From positions 71,240,001 through 71,304,000 of the forward strand of contig NC_045696.1 in the NCBI RefSeq assembly GCF_009834535.1: a stretch of DNA of 64,000 nt. Reading direction: 5' to 3'. This document shows, one piece after another, positions 51,601 through 62,380 of this stretch (position 1 is its first letter; each line of letters begins with the position of its first letter). The position numbers and the translations under genes are program-made. Below the pieces are notes generated by a model that was given only the letters and a program-made list of their open reading frames with translations, searched no databases and had not been told where the DNA came from. The DNA comes from Camelus ferus. Its lineage: Eukaryota.

Positions 51601-54600
51601 ACCCTGCCCCCAGGTAACATAGGAGTGCTTGAGTCTGCTCTGGCAGATGCTGACTGACATGGCTCTCCCGCTTCCCTTTGGTAGGAACAGATATCTATGG
51701 TAACTCTGATGACAAATACTTACTTGTCTTAAGTTTCTTACAAAGGGATAAGAGTTAAACACTATTTGACTATCATTTAACAGACCACTTTGATTAAAAG
51801 TCAGTGCAGCGACACTCACTTTATGCAATGCTCACTTTATTTACAATAATCTTAAGTGGATTTATTTCCCCAAAAGACTAGACAGTTCTTAAATCTGAAT
51901 AAACTCTGATTTGGCATGAAATCACTTTTCCTTTCAGATGTTTGTATCACGGATCACTGCATATTTTAGGAGAAAATGTGTGACCATCACAGATGACCGT
52001 GTCCAGAAGATGAATGAAGTCCTCACCTACATTAAATTTATTAAAATGTATGCCTGGGTCAAAGCGTTCTCTCAGAGTGTACAAAGTGAGTTTAAAGACT
52101 TTGTATGTCTATATGGTAGAAGGACTTTGGCTTCTTTGCTTCCTGAACACATTAGCTACTGGGAATGCTGATGTTACAGGATCATTATATCTTGCATTCT
52201 TGTAGTACCTTATGAACTTTACATCAATAGGGGTCTTAGAGACTGGAACCCATAACCTCATCTCACAAATGAGGAAATTGAGACCTGAGAAAATTGTGAT
52301 TTTTTTTGCCAAGATAATATAGCTGGTTATGAGTAATTCACTCAGTTTCAAAGCCCCCATCTATACTTTAATCCAGCCTGTAATTTTCTGGTCTGGCCAT
52401 GAGGACATCACAGAAAACATGATCAAGTGGGTGCTGAGAGCTCCACTTCTGCGTCCTCTACTCTGTGGGTTCATGTCCACTACAGGTAGGTAGGGGTGAG
52501 ATCCTGGGGGGATGAGTGCTGGGAGAAGCACTGGATGGGGTGTCAGGACAGCTGGACTGTGGGCCTGCCTCTGCCACTCAATCACAGAGGTTTTTGAATT
52601 TTTTTTCACTCAAATAATTGATTCGTGTTGAGTCACAAGGCTCTCAGTGCCTGGCCCTATCCTGACCCATAAATTCAGTGCAGACTTAAACATGTATGTG
52701 AAAGCCGCAAAGCTTGGAGGAATAATTAGCACAGGCTGGGCATTCAAAAGGATCTCAACAAAAGTTGAAATCTTGGGCTTTAAAAAAGGTGAAACTAAAG
52801 AAGAATATATTTAAGGCATTTTAGAGTTTAAACAAGAAGACGTAATTACATTTAAGCTTAATTTAAATATAAAAGATATGGTGGTTTGAGATTTGCAGAT
52901 ACTAGCTAATATATGTAAAATAGATAACAAATTCATACTGTATAGCACAGGGAAGGATATTCAGTATCTTGTAGTAACTTATGGTGAAAAAGAGTGTGAA
53001 AACGAATATATGTATGTTCATGTAAAAAAATTAAAAATAAATAAATAAAAGATATGGGCTGTTAGTGGACCATAACCTCATAGTGAACTAACCTGAGTAT
53101 GTTCCAATTAAAAAGTTGGTGCAATTTTTTGTTGAATAGAAATGCAGCGTTCAGATCAAGGAAGCTGTTTTATTTTCACTGCTTGGTTTGTTGAGTAAAC
53201 CTTCAGGAACATTGTGTCCAGTTCATAAACTTTCATTATGAGCAGTCATCCAGAGGGCGGTGACCACTCAGAAGTGTCCAGCATGGATTAGGCTCCTTCA
53301 TTAAGTAGTGAGTGTGTTGCCAATAGATTGGAACAATTGGGTGCTATCAGGACATCTGCCAACCATGTTGTTGGCAGGGTCACACTGATGGTCCATTCTG
53401 ACCCTCATTTTCTAATTTTCTCGGTTTTATAGTCTTCTTTCTGAGATTCTGCTCGTTCTTCGGCCCCTGATTTTACCTCTGTATATTTGCTTGAAGAGAG
53501 CATTCTTGCTCACTATAGACTTGGGCAAGGTATATGATAAATGTTAAAGCAATGAGTTGGACTTTTTAAAAGTTTGACTTAAGAGCTGGCTCTAAAGATA
53601 GTTCCCAGGGCTTGGGGCAGTGGCACCTTTAAGGTCAGTGCACAGCCTCTCAGAAGAATTGCTTTTATGTTTGAAAATACCTCTCCACTTTGTTGTACTT
53701 CCTACTCCATGGTTACTCTGTTAATAAGGCTGTTGGTTTTGCAAATGTTTAAGAAAAATCATTCTGCTTACAAAAGTTGTTTTTTACTCATCTTCTTCCT
53801 GCCATCCTTACTGCTTTGGGTGTGAAAGCCTCTATCCTAGCACCAGCACACTAGTAAATCTTAATCCCTTTTTATTTCTCCATGACTGTTGTATAGTCTT
53901 TCCTCTAAGTATGTAAGCAAGAAATAAACAACAACCAGGTAAACAAACAAAACTGACAATGGCAGATATAATTAATGTGTTCTGTCCTTCTAAACATAAG
54001 AAATTTGCAGAAAAGAATCAGGCTAAGGCAGAAGATGATCATTGTACTGATAGGTAGTGACTGTCTTCTATTAGATTCATCCCCATGATTAGATCCATTT
54101 CAAACCTCAGGCTTTTGTGATAGTAATTAATAGTCCAATTGACTGAGTTTTTTGCGTCATAAGTGTTACAGGGTTGTTATAAAACCCACCTACTTGGTGG
54201 CTGAAGACCTGCCAAGTGTTGTTTGGTGACAGAGGAGCAACATCTCATAATTTCTTTCACTTGCTTCTTATTCTTAGAAATCCGAGAGGAGGAACGTCGG
54301 GTGTTGGAGAAAGCCGGGTACTTTCAGAGCATCACTGTCGGTGTGGCTCCCATTGTGATGGTGATCGCCAGCGTGGTGACCTTCTCTGTTCACATGACCC
54401 TTGGCTTTGATCTGACAGCAGCACAGGTCAGCGAGCCCTCAGAGCTTGGGGACATGTTAGAAATACCACATATAGAGATGCTCTGGTCCTCTTGTTAGTA
54501 GATTTGGATTTTTTCATTCATGCAGTTAATCCGAGAAGTGGAGGAGTGGGGACTTAGCTCCACTGCACAAATAGCGCATGGGTTGTTTTTAGTCAGCCCA

Positions 54601-57600
54601 ACTTTGGATTTAGTTCTGAAAATATAGATCATCGTTTGGCTCAGATTCACTGAGAATTTTAATTGGAAGTCTCATAAAAATATATATCTGAAATATATCT
54701 GACTCGTACCAACAGTTGACAGTTAAGTTGCAGCCTCCTTAAAGCTGAAAGGAGGTTGATGGCATCTTGTTCTTTTAGTTGCATAGCCTCATCAGGCTCA
54801 GTTTCTTCTCTTTTCCTATTTTCAGGCTTTCACAGTGGTGACTGTCTTCAATTCCATGACTTTTGCTTTGAAAGTTACCCCGTTCTCAGTAAAGTCCCTC
54901 TCAGAGGCATCAGTTGCTGTCGACAGATTTAAGGTAAGTGCTTCCTTTCCCTGCTCCCTGTCAGGAGCTGTCCTTGGCAAAACTAACTGCTGCCTTTATT
55001 CCAATGGGCCACGCCGGCTGGCTGCACTTGGCTTTTTTCATCTTTAGCCTTTTGACAGTTGGTGAGAAAGGAGGCAGCAAAGGAGGCTCAGTTAAGGGAC
55101 TTTTTCAAAGAAATATTAATTTTTACCTTTTGTAGACAGCCTACCTAGTTCTGGGCTCCCAAAATTACACCGTTCCCCTTCAGAGCTAGTCCCTTCTGCC
55201 TGGACCTAACATGACACCTGTTATAATTTACTGGGCCTTTAAGTGATTCAAACCTAGGTGATTGGAATTGTCAAGTGACTGTCAACTTTCTCTCGCCTTG
55301 ATCTACATCTGCCTCTATCAACACGCTGTTGGTCATAAGCCTTTTTTGATACTTTCTTTTGTCTGTCCTGCGGTTGCCACTCCTGATACAGGGAATGCAG
55401 TCAAAAGGGAATAGTCATAAAACTAGATCATACGAGAAGTGCAGTTAAGTACGTATCAGGGTTTTTTTTTCTCTTGTGGGTGGTTAGTTGGTCTTGCCTT
55501 GACTGTGTTCTTTGTGCCTTCAGAATAATACAAATACAGGACACTAGAGATAGATATATTTGGGAAGGTGGAGGAAGGTCGATATTTGAAAATGGTTAAT
55601 ACAGTGAGGGAAAAAAAAGGGAACAGCACCTGTGTGTGGCTGGACTTTGCTGACAAAGCCACTGTGTAGCTCCTGCTAGTCCTTCTTGGCTCATGAGAGC
55701 AATACAAAAGCAGCGTCGGTGCCTCGAAGGCTGGAGGCACAGGTGTTCAAGGGACTGATATCATCACCTTTGGTGTTCAGGAGAAAACAAATTGGGTTTT
55801 CCTCATAAGAAGAATGGAGACTAGCTTCCCAGGGTTTCTTTATATTCTACTTGTTTACAGTTAACTGGGTGAATGTTGTTTGGTCAGGAAAGCTAGTCTT
55901 CAAGAATGTACCCCAAGCCCTCTCTCACCCCAGCCCAGCTGCTAGAAGGTCAGGCTCCAGGGCCACGTGAAGAGAAGTGGTCTGATTGGAACCTGAGCTT
56001 TTATTTTGGAGAACCCGCCATATCTAGTCTTTGAAAAAGTCAGATGTTTTGACCATAAATTTGTCCCCCTTTTTTGTTTCTCTGTCCTTTTTAGTGAATG
56101 GATTTGGTGGCATTTTGGATGAAGGAATAGGAATTTTTGGTATCAATTTGTTCTCCCCTTGTTTCTCGAGAGCTGTCTTCTTTTCATTTACTAGTGAGAA
56201 CTTGTATTAGCGGGTAGCTTTTCACATTATGGCTCCTTCCTCTACCCAGGAAGTGTCAGAGTTAATAATAGAAGCAAAATCACCCACAGCTCTGTCATAT
56301 GCCCCAGGAGGGTGAGTCTCCTAGCTTGTTCCTCTTGGCAGTCTCCTCCTCCCCCTCCCCCGCCTCCACTTGTAGGAGGATGATAACTTGTAGAAAGGCA
56401 GTGAGAGGTTGCTCACCTTATAACTTTTCTGATAAGATGATCACCAGTGTAGCATTGCTAGATTTAGCTGATAAAAACATAGACACCCAGTTAATAATTG
56501 CACGGGACATACTTATACTAAAAGGTTATTCATTGTTTACCTGGAATCAAAATTTAATTAGGCCTCCTGTATTTTATCTGTCAACCCTATGAGTAGTCGC
56601 CTTTCAGCTCAACAGATACATTCTGAATTGATTCTTTCAGTGAATTAGAGTAGTGTTTTGATGGTCAGTGTCCTGTGGTAGAGTTGAGGTTTATGGCTTA
56701 TGTACCTCTAAGATCCTGCTGTCCTGGCAGGTGCAAATCCAAGTAGGTAAAAAGTCAAGTGTCATGAGGCCCTTGTGTGCCTCAGCATGTCCAGGCAGAG
56801 AAACCTGAAGCTGAAATCCTCCTGGGAGGAGTGTGGGGACCAGCTGGGCAAACTAGAGGCACTAGCAGAGTTTAATAGACCATGGACCCTAAAAGATCCT
56901 TTTGGTGACTCTTTAGGAGAGCAAAATGGTGGGAATTCTGTCAGCACATGGTTTCACTCTGTGAAGAGGGGTCAGAATGTTTGGCCGATTGTTCTGAGCC
57001 CAGTCTCTCAGGAAGGTTCTGAACAAGTGAAACCAGTGGCTCTTTTCAGAAAACTAAACTTAAAGAAAAAAATAAACTTTTTTTTTTTTTTCAAAAGGTT
57101 GATCAAGGGGGGGCAGGATATAGCTCAGTGGCAGAGTGCTTGCCTAGCATGCACGAGGTTCTGGGTTCAATCCCCAGGACAGCCATTAAAATACATAAAT
57201 AAATAATAAACCTAATTACCTCTCCCTCTATCAAAAAAAAAAAAAAACGAATAAAAGGTTGATCAAGAGTAAGATTATCTAGGAGATTTAGAAACATGAC
57301 ACTTCTGGAAAGATCAGGGATTAGGTTTGGAGAGATGTGGCAATTTAGGGATGAAAAGAGCAACCTTAGAAGTTCAGGATTTAGGAGAAAGGGCTTCTCT
57401 CAGGCAGGGGAATTATATGTTACATTTAATAGCACCTGCAAACTTTAAAATAGTTAGGGTTCCTTGGTAACTAAGCAAAGAGTCCTGACACTAAAAGTCA
57501 TCTTTTCTCTAAAGACTTTCTAATGTTGTTTTTTTTAAAAAGTGTTTTTTAATCATATTGGGAATCCAACTGGGATAGCGCCCTTAGAGAAGATCACTGG

Positions 57601-60600
57601 GTTAAGGGAGGTGTCAGAAGTGGGTTCAAAGTCACATGAAGGTCCTGGGCTGAGGTTTATTATGGTTAGTGTTTCAGATCTAATTTCAGAAACACTTGGC
57701 TTTTCAAGCCTTCCATTTTTCTTTCCCTGCCATAACTCAGCGGAGCTAGGGGAATGAGTGGGAGGAAAGAGTCTTACTTTCTTCCCAAGGATGTTTCTGA
57801 GGGAACTACCCTTCACTTCCACACAAGTCTTTTGTTTGAATTCTCACAAGTACTGAAGCAGAACTTGGAAGACGTGAGAACTTGTTGGCGAGAAGATGTA
57901 CTCTGCCATTGAGAAAACCTTAGGTACTTCTTTCTAACCGGAGCAAGCTAGGGCTGGTCACAGTCTCAGCTCGGCCTCTCCCTGCAGATGTGTGCCATGT
58001 TGTACGTGAGGAAGGTGCCCAGTCTTGGGGGTCCCCAGGGAGTGGTCTGGAAGTGAAACAGAGCAATGAGGGTCTTTGCAGGAGAGCAGTGTGCCCTTTG
58101 GCTTTTCTGCCTGCATTTTACTGCCTGTGACTCAGCAACTTACTAGTGAGAACGAGGGGCTGCACACCAGTCAGTTAAGTATCCTGTGGTCCACGTTAGA
58201 CTGGTGGAAAAGGAGAAGGCAGTTTAGCGTAGAGTGTTGGGCTAGGTGAGGAGGCCCCGTCCCTGCTGAGGGTGTCCCCACACTCCCGTGACCTCCCCGT
58301 GGGCCTGAGGCTGGGCTACACTAATGAGCTACCTTTTGCCCTTCAGCTTCCTTCCACTGTATAGCCTGATGTGTTTTGCTACGTGAGTGTGCGCCCTAGG
58401 CTTGTCTCCCTGGTCTTGATCCAGTGTCTCATCTTTGCACCTCTCTCACAACTCCTATCAGAGTTTGTTTCTAATGGAAGAGGTTCACATGATAAAGAAA
58501 AAACCAGCCAGCCCTCACATCACGATAGAGATGAAAAATGCCACCTTGGCATGGGACTCCTCCCACTCCAGTATCCAGAACTCACCCAAGCTGACCCCCA
58601 AAACGAAAAAAGACAAGAGGGCTGCCAGGGGCAAGAAAGAGAAGGTGAGGCAGCTGCAGCGCACTGAGCATCAGGCGGTGCTGGCAGAGCAGAAGGGCCA
58701 TCTCCTCCTGGACAGTGATGAGCGGCCCAGTCCTGAGGAGGAAGAGGGCAAGCACATCCACCTGGGGAGCCTGCGCCTGCAGAGGACACTGTACAACGTC
58801 GACTTGGAAATTGAAGAGGTAACTGTCCGCCGGGTGTCTGTTCTGGTTAGAGTGGGAAGCTGCTGTTCCTGTAGCAAAGTTCTCTGTGGCTAAGGAGCAG
58901 ATCTGGCCAGCTCCACCTCTAGAAGGGATATTTAGGTGCTTAACAGTAGAAATTAATAACAGCTGATCTCGCGAGATACTTTACAAACAAGGAAATGAAG
59001 CATTCAGGTGGATTTTCCACGATTTTGCCCTGAATAAATTTGATTATTATAGTTGTATGTAAGCTGTAATAACTGTTTCTAGTTATTATAATTCTGTGTG
59101 AGCTTCTTATTAGCACTAGGCTGTGCACAGCACAGAACCTGGCATATAATAGGTATTCTTAGTGATGCTGTGTTCGCCAATTCTATTGTAACTGTTTATT
59201 TTTAATGTAAGTAAAGGGTCATTATGATATATGATGTCGCTGCCCAGCTAGCACAGGAGTAGTCTCCTCCCAGCGGCCCTCCTATGGCGAGTGGCTGCCA
59301 TGGAGACTCCAGGTTGGAGACTTTTAAAGTAGAGACTGCGAGGGGAGCCAGCACCACACTGAGGGCTGCATCATCAGCATCCCAAGGGCATCTACCTTCA
59401 CACATTCAACAGCCATTTTTGAGTGCCAGCTCTATGCCAGGCACCGTTGTAGGGCCTGTGGATGGAGCAACAAAAACCAAATAGACAAAAATCCCTGCCC
59501 TCCTGGAGTTTATATTCTTGTGAGCAAAGACAGACAGTAAATAAGTAAACTATATTGTATGTCAGTAGGTGCTAAAGGCTGTGAAGAAAAGGGTGGGGAG
59601 CAGGTGTGGTTGCAATTTAAATAGGCTGCCTGAGGGAAGGCCTCAATTAAAAAGTAATAACAGGCTGGGGGAAGGGTATAGCTCAAGTGGTAGAGCGCAT
59701 GCATGCGAGAGGTCCCGGGTTCAATCCCCTGTACCTCTTCCAAGCAAAAATCAGTGAAGAAACCTAATTACCACACCCTCAGAAAAAGTAATAACAGGCA
59801 GAGTGCTTTTATTTTTTTAATACAAATTGAAGGCTTCTGGTCTGTCAAGCCTGTCAAGCAAGCTGGTAGACATTGTTCCAACAGCATTTGCTTATTTCAT
59901 GTCTCTGTCATGTTTTGGTAATTCTCAAAATATTTCAAACCCTCCATTAGCAAAAAGGTTACCACTCGCTGAGGACTCAGATAATGGTTAGTGTTTATCA
60001 AGAAAGTGTTTTTAAATTAAAATAGGTACAATTGTTTTTTTAGGCATAATGTGATTGCACACTTAATAAAGTATATTGTAAACATAACTTTTAACGTGTA
60101 CTGGGAAACCGGAAAATTTGTGTGATTCCCTTTATTGCGATATTTGTTTTACTGCGGTGGTCTGGGACCAGCAATATGCCCGAGGTGTGCTTTTGAGCAA
60201 AGACTTGAAGGAGAGGGTTTGTGGATTTGTGGGGGAAGAAGAGCATTCCAGGGAGAGGGATCAGAGCATAAAGGCCCCTGTGTCCAGTGTGCCTGTCACG
60301 GGAGCAGAGTGAGCGTGAGAGAGAGGAGTGGGTGCTGAGGGCAGAGAGCGTTGGGGCTCCAGAGCCTCCTGCAGTGACTTCGGCTTTACTCCAAATGAGC
60401 AGAGAAGCCCTTAGAGGGGTTTGGAGAAAAGTGATGTGATCTGACTTACATGTGAAGAGAATCATTTTAGCTTCTGGATTCAGAAGACTGTGTAAGGAAA
60501 CAAGGAAGGAAGTGAGGAAAACCAAGGAAAAATGTAAGGGTTTTCTGGACCAAGGGTGGTGGTGATGGAGGTGATAAGAAACGTTCATCTACATAATTGG

Positions 60601-62380
60601 AAGTGGGCGTGGGGGTTCTAATGCAGTCTATGTCAAAATCGGGAGCCACCCGCAGGCACATTACTCAGATCCAGAGCTGGAACTAAAGGGAAAACAGAAT
60701 TCCAGCTCTTGGAAGCTATAGGCAAAAAGGGAGATGGTCCTCAGTGAGACCACCCAAGAGAACTAGTGTGGTTTACCATTGGAGGGCACACAAGTCAGTT
60801 TTTAACTTCAGTTAACTCTCAACAGCAGGCTTCTTATTTAATAATGATTATCTTGATCAAGGCACCTGTTACATTGCTAATCAGCTGTATGAGAGGATTA
60901 TTCCTTGTAATCAGCTGAAATGTACTCTTCTCCTGTCTGTTAATCCTCATTCTGCCCTTTAGAGCCACATTCACATGACAGACCTTTAGCTGTTTGAATA
61001 GATACCATGATTCCCCCAGCCCCTGTTTAAGGGAAGGGGAGGGAAGTTAATATAAGCCTGCTGTCTTCTGTGCCCCAGGCACTCACTCCATCGTGGATGT
61101 CTTCTTTAGCCACCATTCAGTCAATGGAAAAGAGTTTTCTCTGTGTAACCTGACTGGCCTGAGCAGAGTCTGACCCTGTGACTTGGTCTCCTCCTCACCA
61201 CCTGGCTGTAATCTTTCAACCTCCTGGACCATGTCAAAAGCTTTGTCCAACATATTTTTATTAAGTACCAGACATTTGGCTTGGCCCTACAAGGAGAACT
61301 CCTTCCCTCAAGTTGCTCAAAGCCCAGTAAGAGACAGTATTTGTTTAAGTAACAAGATCAAGTTCACACAGTTGGCAAGTTCTAGTGGAGTTGGGGTTCA
61401 CATCAAGACCCATCTGGTGGGGGAGGATATAGCTTAGTGGTAGAGTGCGTGCTTAGCATGCATGAGGTCCTGGGTTCAATCCCCAGTGCCTCCATTAAAA
61501 AAATAGTAAATAAATCTAATTACCCCCCAAATAAAAATAAAGAATTAAAAAGACCCATCTGCCTGCAGAACCCCTGCTCTTCACAGCATCATCCTTCACT
61601 CCTTTCCTTCCCTGCGAGACTTGAGGCAATGGAGGGTTGCTGAACAAGTGGCCTTGTTAAAAATCACTGCCCATGGAGAACTCAATATTTTGCCTGAGGA
61701 TGGTCAGTTAATCCCAGACGTGGTTTTCCACTTTCACGTGGGATGGATGGTTTAAATATGCCTTCAGATTCTTGGAAATGTTTTGTAGAAAAATGGAAAT
61801 GATGGTTCTCATAGTTTTTTTGTTTTTGTTTTTGTTTTTTTGGAAGATGATTTATAGGTTCCAGAGGAAAAAAACATATAAAATGAAAATCAAGAAAATA
61901 ATTTCTTGATATAAATAAAAATCAAGAAAATAATCAAGATTCCTGCCTTCTCTTCCAAAAACAACAACAAAAATAAACAAGTAATCAAAAAGCATGGGTT
62001 ACCAATAAAGTAGGAAAGGGGCTCAGCCTTTCTAGAAGTGATGTGGGATACCTTAATGTGTGCAGCATATGTAATTTTTCCAAAAGGCTTACACATCTGT
62101 TGCCTTGGTGCATCCCCACAGAAACCCTGTGACGTGGGTGGCTGACGAGGGAGAAGAGAGGTAAATGACTTGCTGGGTCGTCAGGATGACACAGTTCCCA
62201 TAATGATGGAGTGTCATTGGTGCTTTTTTCCTCAAAGAAATCAGAAGTCCTAGAGAAGAGTGGTCGGTAGTCCTTTAATGACCTTCCTCTTTCGTGTGCT
62301 TTGTCCAGGGTAAACTGGTTGGAATCTGTGGCAGTGTGGGAAGTGGAAAAACCTCTCTCATCTCATCCATTTTAGGCCAG
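24480..62380 (+). CDS. ABCC5: ABCC5 / MRP5, coding exons 2-12 (aa 1-611), partial; continues beyond window
   Basis: Exons 24480-24608, 44614-44771, 44963-45118, 45815-45962, 50780-51013, 51146-51319, 51938-52085, 54278-54426, 54826-54933, 58462-58818, 62309-62380. All GT-AG, open frame of 1833 nt. Starts [17 protein letters not shown]; includes lasso [20 protein letters not shown]1 and Walker A GSVGSGKT. Confidence 0.97.
25000..25087 (-). mobile_element. tRNA-derived SINE (vic-1-like, short form)
   Basis: ggaggtactggggattgaac...ccactgagctatac. Confidence 0.8.
26030..27040 (-). mobile_element. Old L1 (L1MB/MC-like) 3' region
   Basis: Antisense L1 3'UTR and ORF2-end motifs. Confidence 0.7.
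31561..31730. mobile_element. MER5A-like hAT MITE
   Basis: CAGTGGTTCTCA terminus, aaagctcccctggtgat motif. Confidence 0.6.
32531..32615 (+). mobile_element. tRNA-derived SINE (vic-1-like, short form)
   Basis: Perfect 18-bp TSD AAAAGTTGGTCTTTCTAG (32513-32530, 32616-32633) at a TT/AAAA L1 endonuclease site. Confidence 0.92.
33555..33740 (+). mobile_element. Short L1 3' terminus
   Basis: aaatagataaacaag...cattgtaaactgactatacttcaat. Confidence 0.75.
33855..34055. mobile_element. MER20-like hAT element
   Basis: gataattctttgttgt...gtgacaaccaaaaatgtct motifs. Confidence 0.7.
34080..34370. mobile_element. MER3/MER33-like hAT element
   Basis: gtggctactagaaaacttaaattacatttgtggct...ggacagc motifs. 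Confidence 0.6.
36330..36462 (-). mobile_element. tRNA-derived SINE (vic-1-like, long form)
   Basis: Head plus extra tail (gaggtaattaggtttatt on +); near-TSD taa(c/t)agcagttctctt. Confidence 0.85.
38260..39160 (+). mobile_element. Old L1 ORF2 fragment (sense)
   Basis: Degenerate ORF2 motifs. Confidence 0.7.
39385..40790 (-). mobile_element. L1 3' region with nested SINE
   Basis: Antisense L1; ORF 40335-40114 contains [14 protein letters not shown]. Confidence 0.85.
40037..40130 (-). mobile_element. tRNA-derived SINE nested in L1
   Basis: Near-TSD ctattt(g/t)tagt. Confidence 0.85.
40980..41092 (-). mobile_element. tRNA-derived SINE (vic-1-like)
   Basis: SINE head antisense; ctaacttt direct repeat on both sides. 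Confidence 0.82.
41100..41620. mobile_element. Charlie/MER58-like hAT relic
   Basis: aagcctaaaatatttactatctggacctttacagaaaa terminal motif. Confidence 0.55.
42348..43132 (+). mobile_element. 5'-truncated L1 (sense)
   Basis: ORF2 C-terminal motifs ([17 protein letters not shown]), 3'UTR, A tail. Confidence 0.88.
44614..44771 (+). CDS. ABCC5: ABCC5 exon 3
   Basis: 158 nt, [15 protein letters not shown]...; acAG / GTAAGA. Confidence 0.93.
44963..45118 (+). CDS. ABCC5: ABCC5 exon 4
   Basis: 156 nt, [12 protein letters not shown]...; cctcAG / GTAGGT. Confidence 0.95.
45724..45748 (+). repeat. (TG)n microsatellite upstream of ABCC5 exon 5
   Basis: Direct reading. Confidence 0.9.
45815..45962 (+). 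CDS. ABCC5: ABCC5 exon 5
   Basis: 148 nt, LERLWQEEL...GFSGP; taAG / GTAAGT. Confidence 0.95.
48365..48439 (+). other. ABCC5: ABCC5 alternative stop-containing cassette exon in intron 5 ([11 protein letters not shown])
   Basis: ttctttAG acceptor, CAG|GTAAGG donor, 75 nt, in-frame TGA 48398-48400; peptide matches my recollection of the C-terminus of a short human ABCC5 isoform. Confidence 0.8.
48856..50025 (+). other. ABCC5: ABCC5 alternative terminal exon in intron 5 (short-transcript 3' end)
   Basis: Phase-0 [31 protein letters not shown] at 48856-48942 resembling a recalled human short-isoform tail; AATAAA at 49997-50002. The expected acceptor is non-canonical (CCACG); 3' end approximate. 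Confidence 0.6.
49997..50002 (+). terminator. ABCC5: Intronic polyadenylation signal in ABCC5 intron 5
   Basis: AATAAA with upstream TGTA motifs and a T-run, and a downstream GT-rich element at about 50036-50066. Confidence 0.7.
50780..51013 (+). CDS. ABCC5: ABCC5 exon 6
   Basis: 234 nt, [10 protein letters not shown]...SVGE; ctgtAG / GTGAGT. Confidence 0.96.
51146..51319 (+). CDS. ABCC5: ABCC5 exon 7
   Basis: 174 nt, [15 protein letters not shown]...YPAM. Confidence 0.96.
51938..52085 (+). CDS. ABCC5: ABCC5 exon 8
   Basis: 148 nt, contains IKFIKMYAW. Confidence 0.96.
52882..53045 (+). mobile_element. Short L1 3' terminus
   Basis: TSD ATAAAAGATATGG at 52869-52881 and 53045-53057. Confidence 0.8.
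54278..54426 (+). CDS. ABCC5: ABCC5 exon 9
   Basis: 149 nt, [14 protein letters not shown]...LTAAQ. Confidence 0.96.
54826..54933 (+). CDS. ABCC5: ABCC5 exon 10
   Basis: 108 nt, AFTVVTVFN...VDRFK. Confidence 0.96.
57108..57252 (+). mobile_element. tRNA-derived SINE (vic-1-like, long form)
   Basis: 15-bp TSD AAAAGGTTGATCAAG at 57093-57107 and 57253-57267. Confidence 0.92.
58462..58818 (+). CDS. ABCC5: ABCC5 exon 11 (start of NBD1 with Lys-rich insertion)
   Basis: 357 nt, SLFLMEEV...NVDLEIEE. Confidence 0.96.
59666..59782 (+). mobile_element. tRNA-derived SINE (vic-1-like, long form)
   Basis: 17-bp TSD AAAAAGTAATAACAGGC at 59649-59665 and 59783-59799. Confidence 0.9.
59805..60192. mobile_element. 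Internally deleted Tigger1-like DNA transposon
   Basis: gtactgggaaaccggaaaatttgtgtga...ctttattgcgatattt...gcggtggtctgg terminus. Confidence 0.65.
61417..61549 (+). mobile_element. tRNA-derived SINE (vic-1-like, long form)
   Basis: TSD AAGACCCATCTG at 61405-61416 and 61550-61561. Confidence 0.9.
62309..62380 (+). CDS. ABCC5: ABCC5 exon 12 (Walker A)
   Basis: 72 nt, [24 protein letters not shown]; tccAG / GTAAGA. Confidence 0.96.
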
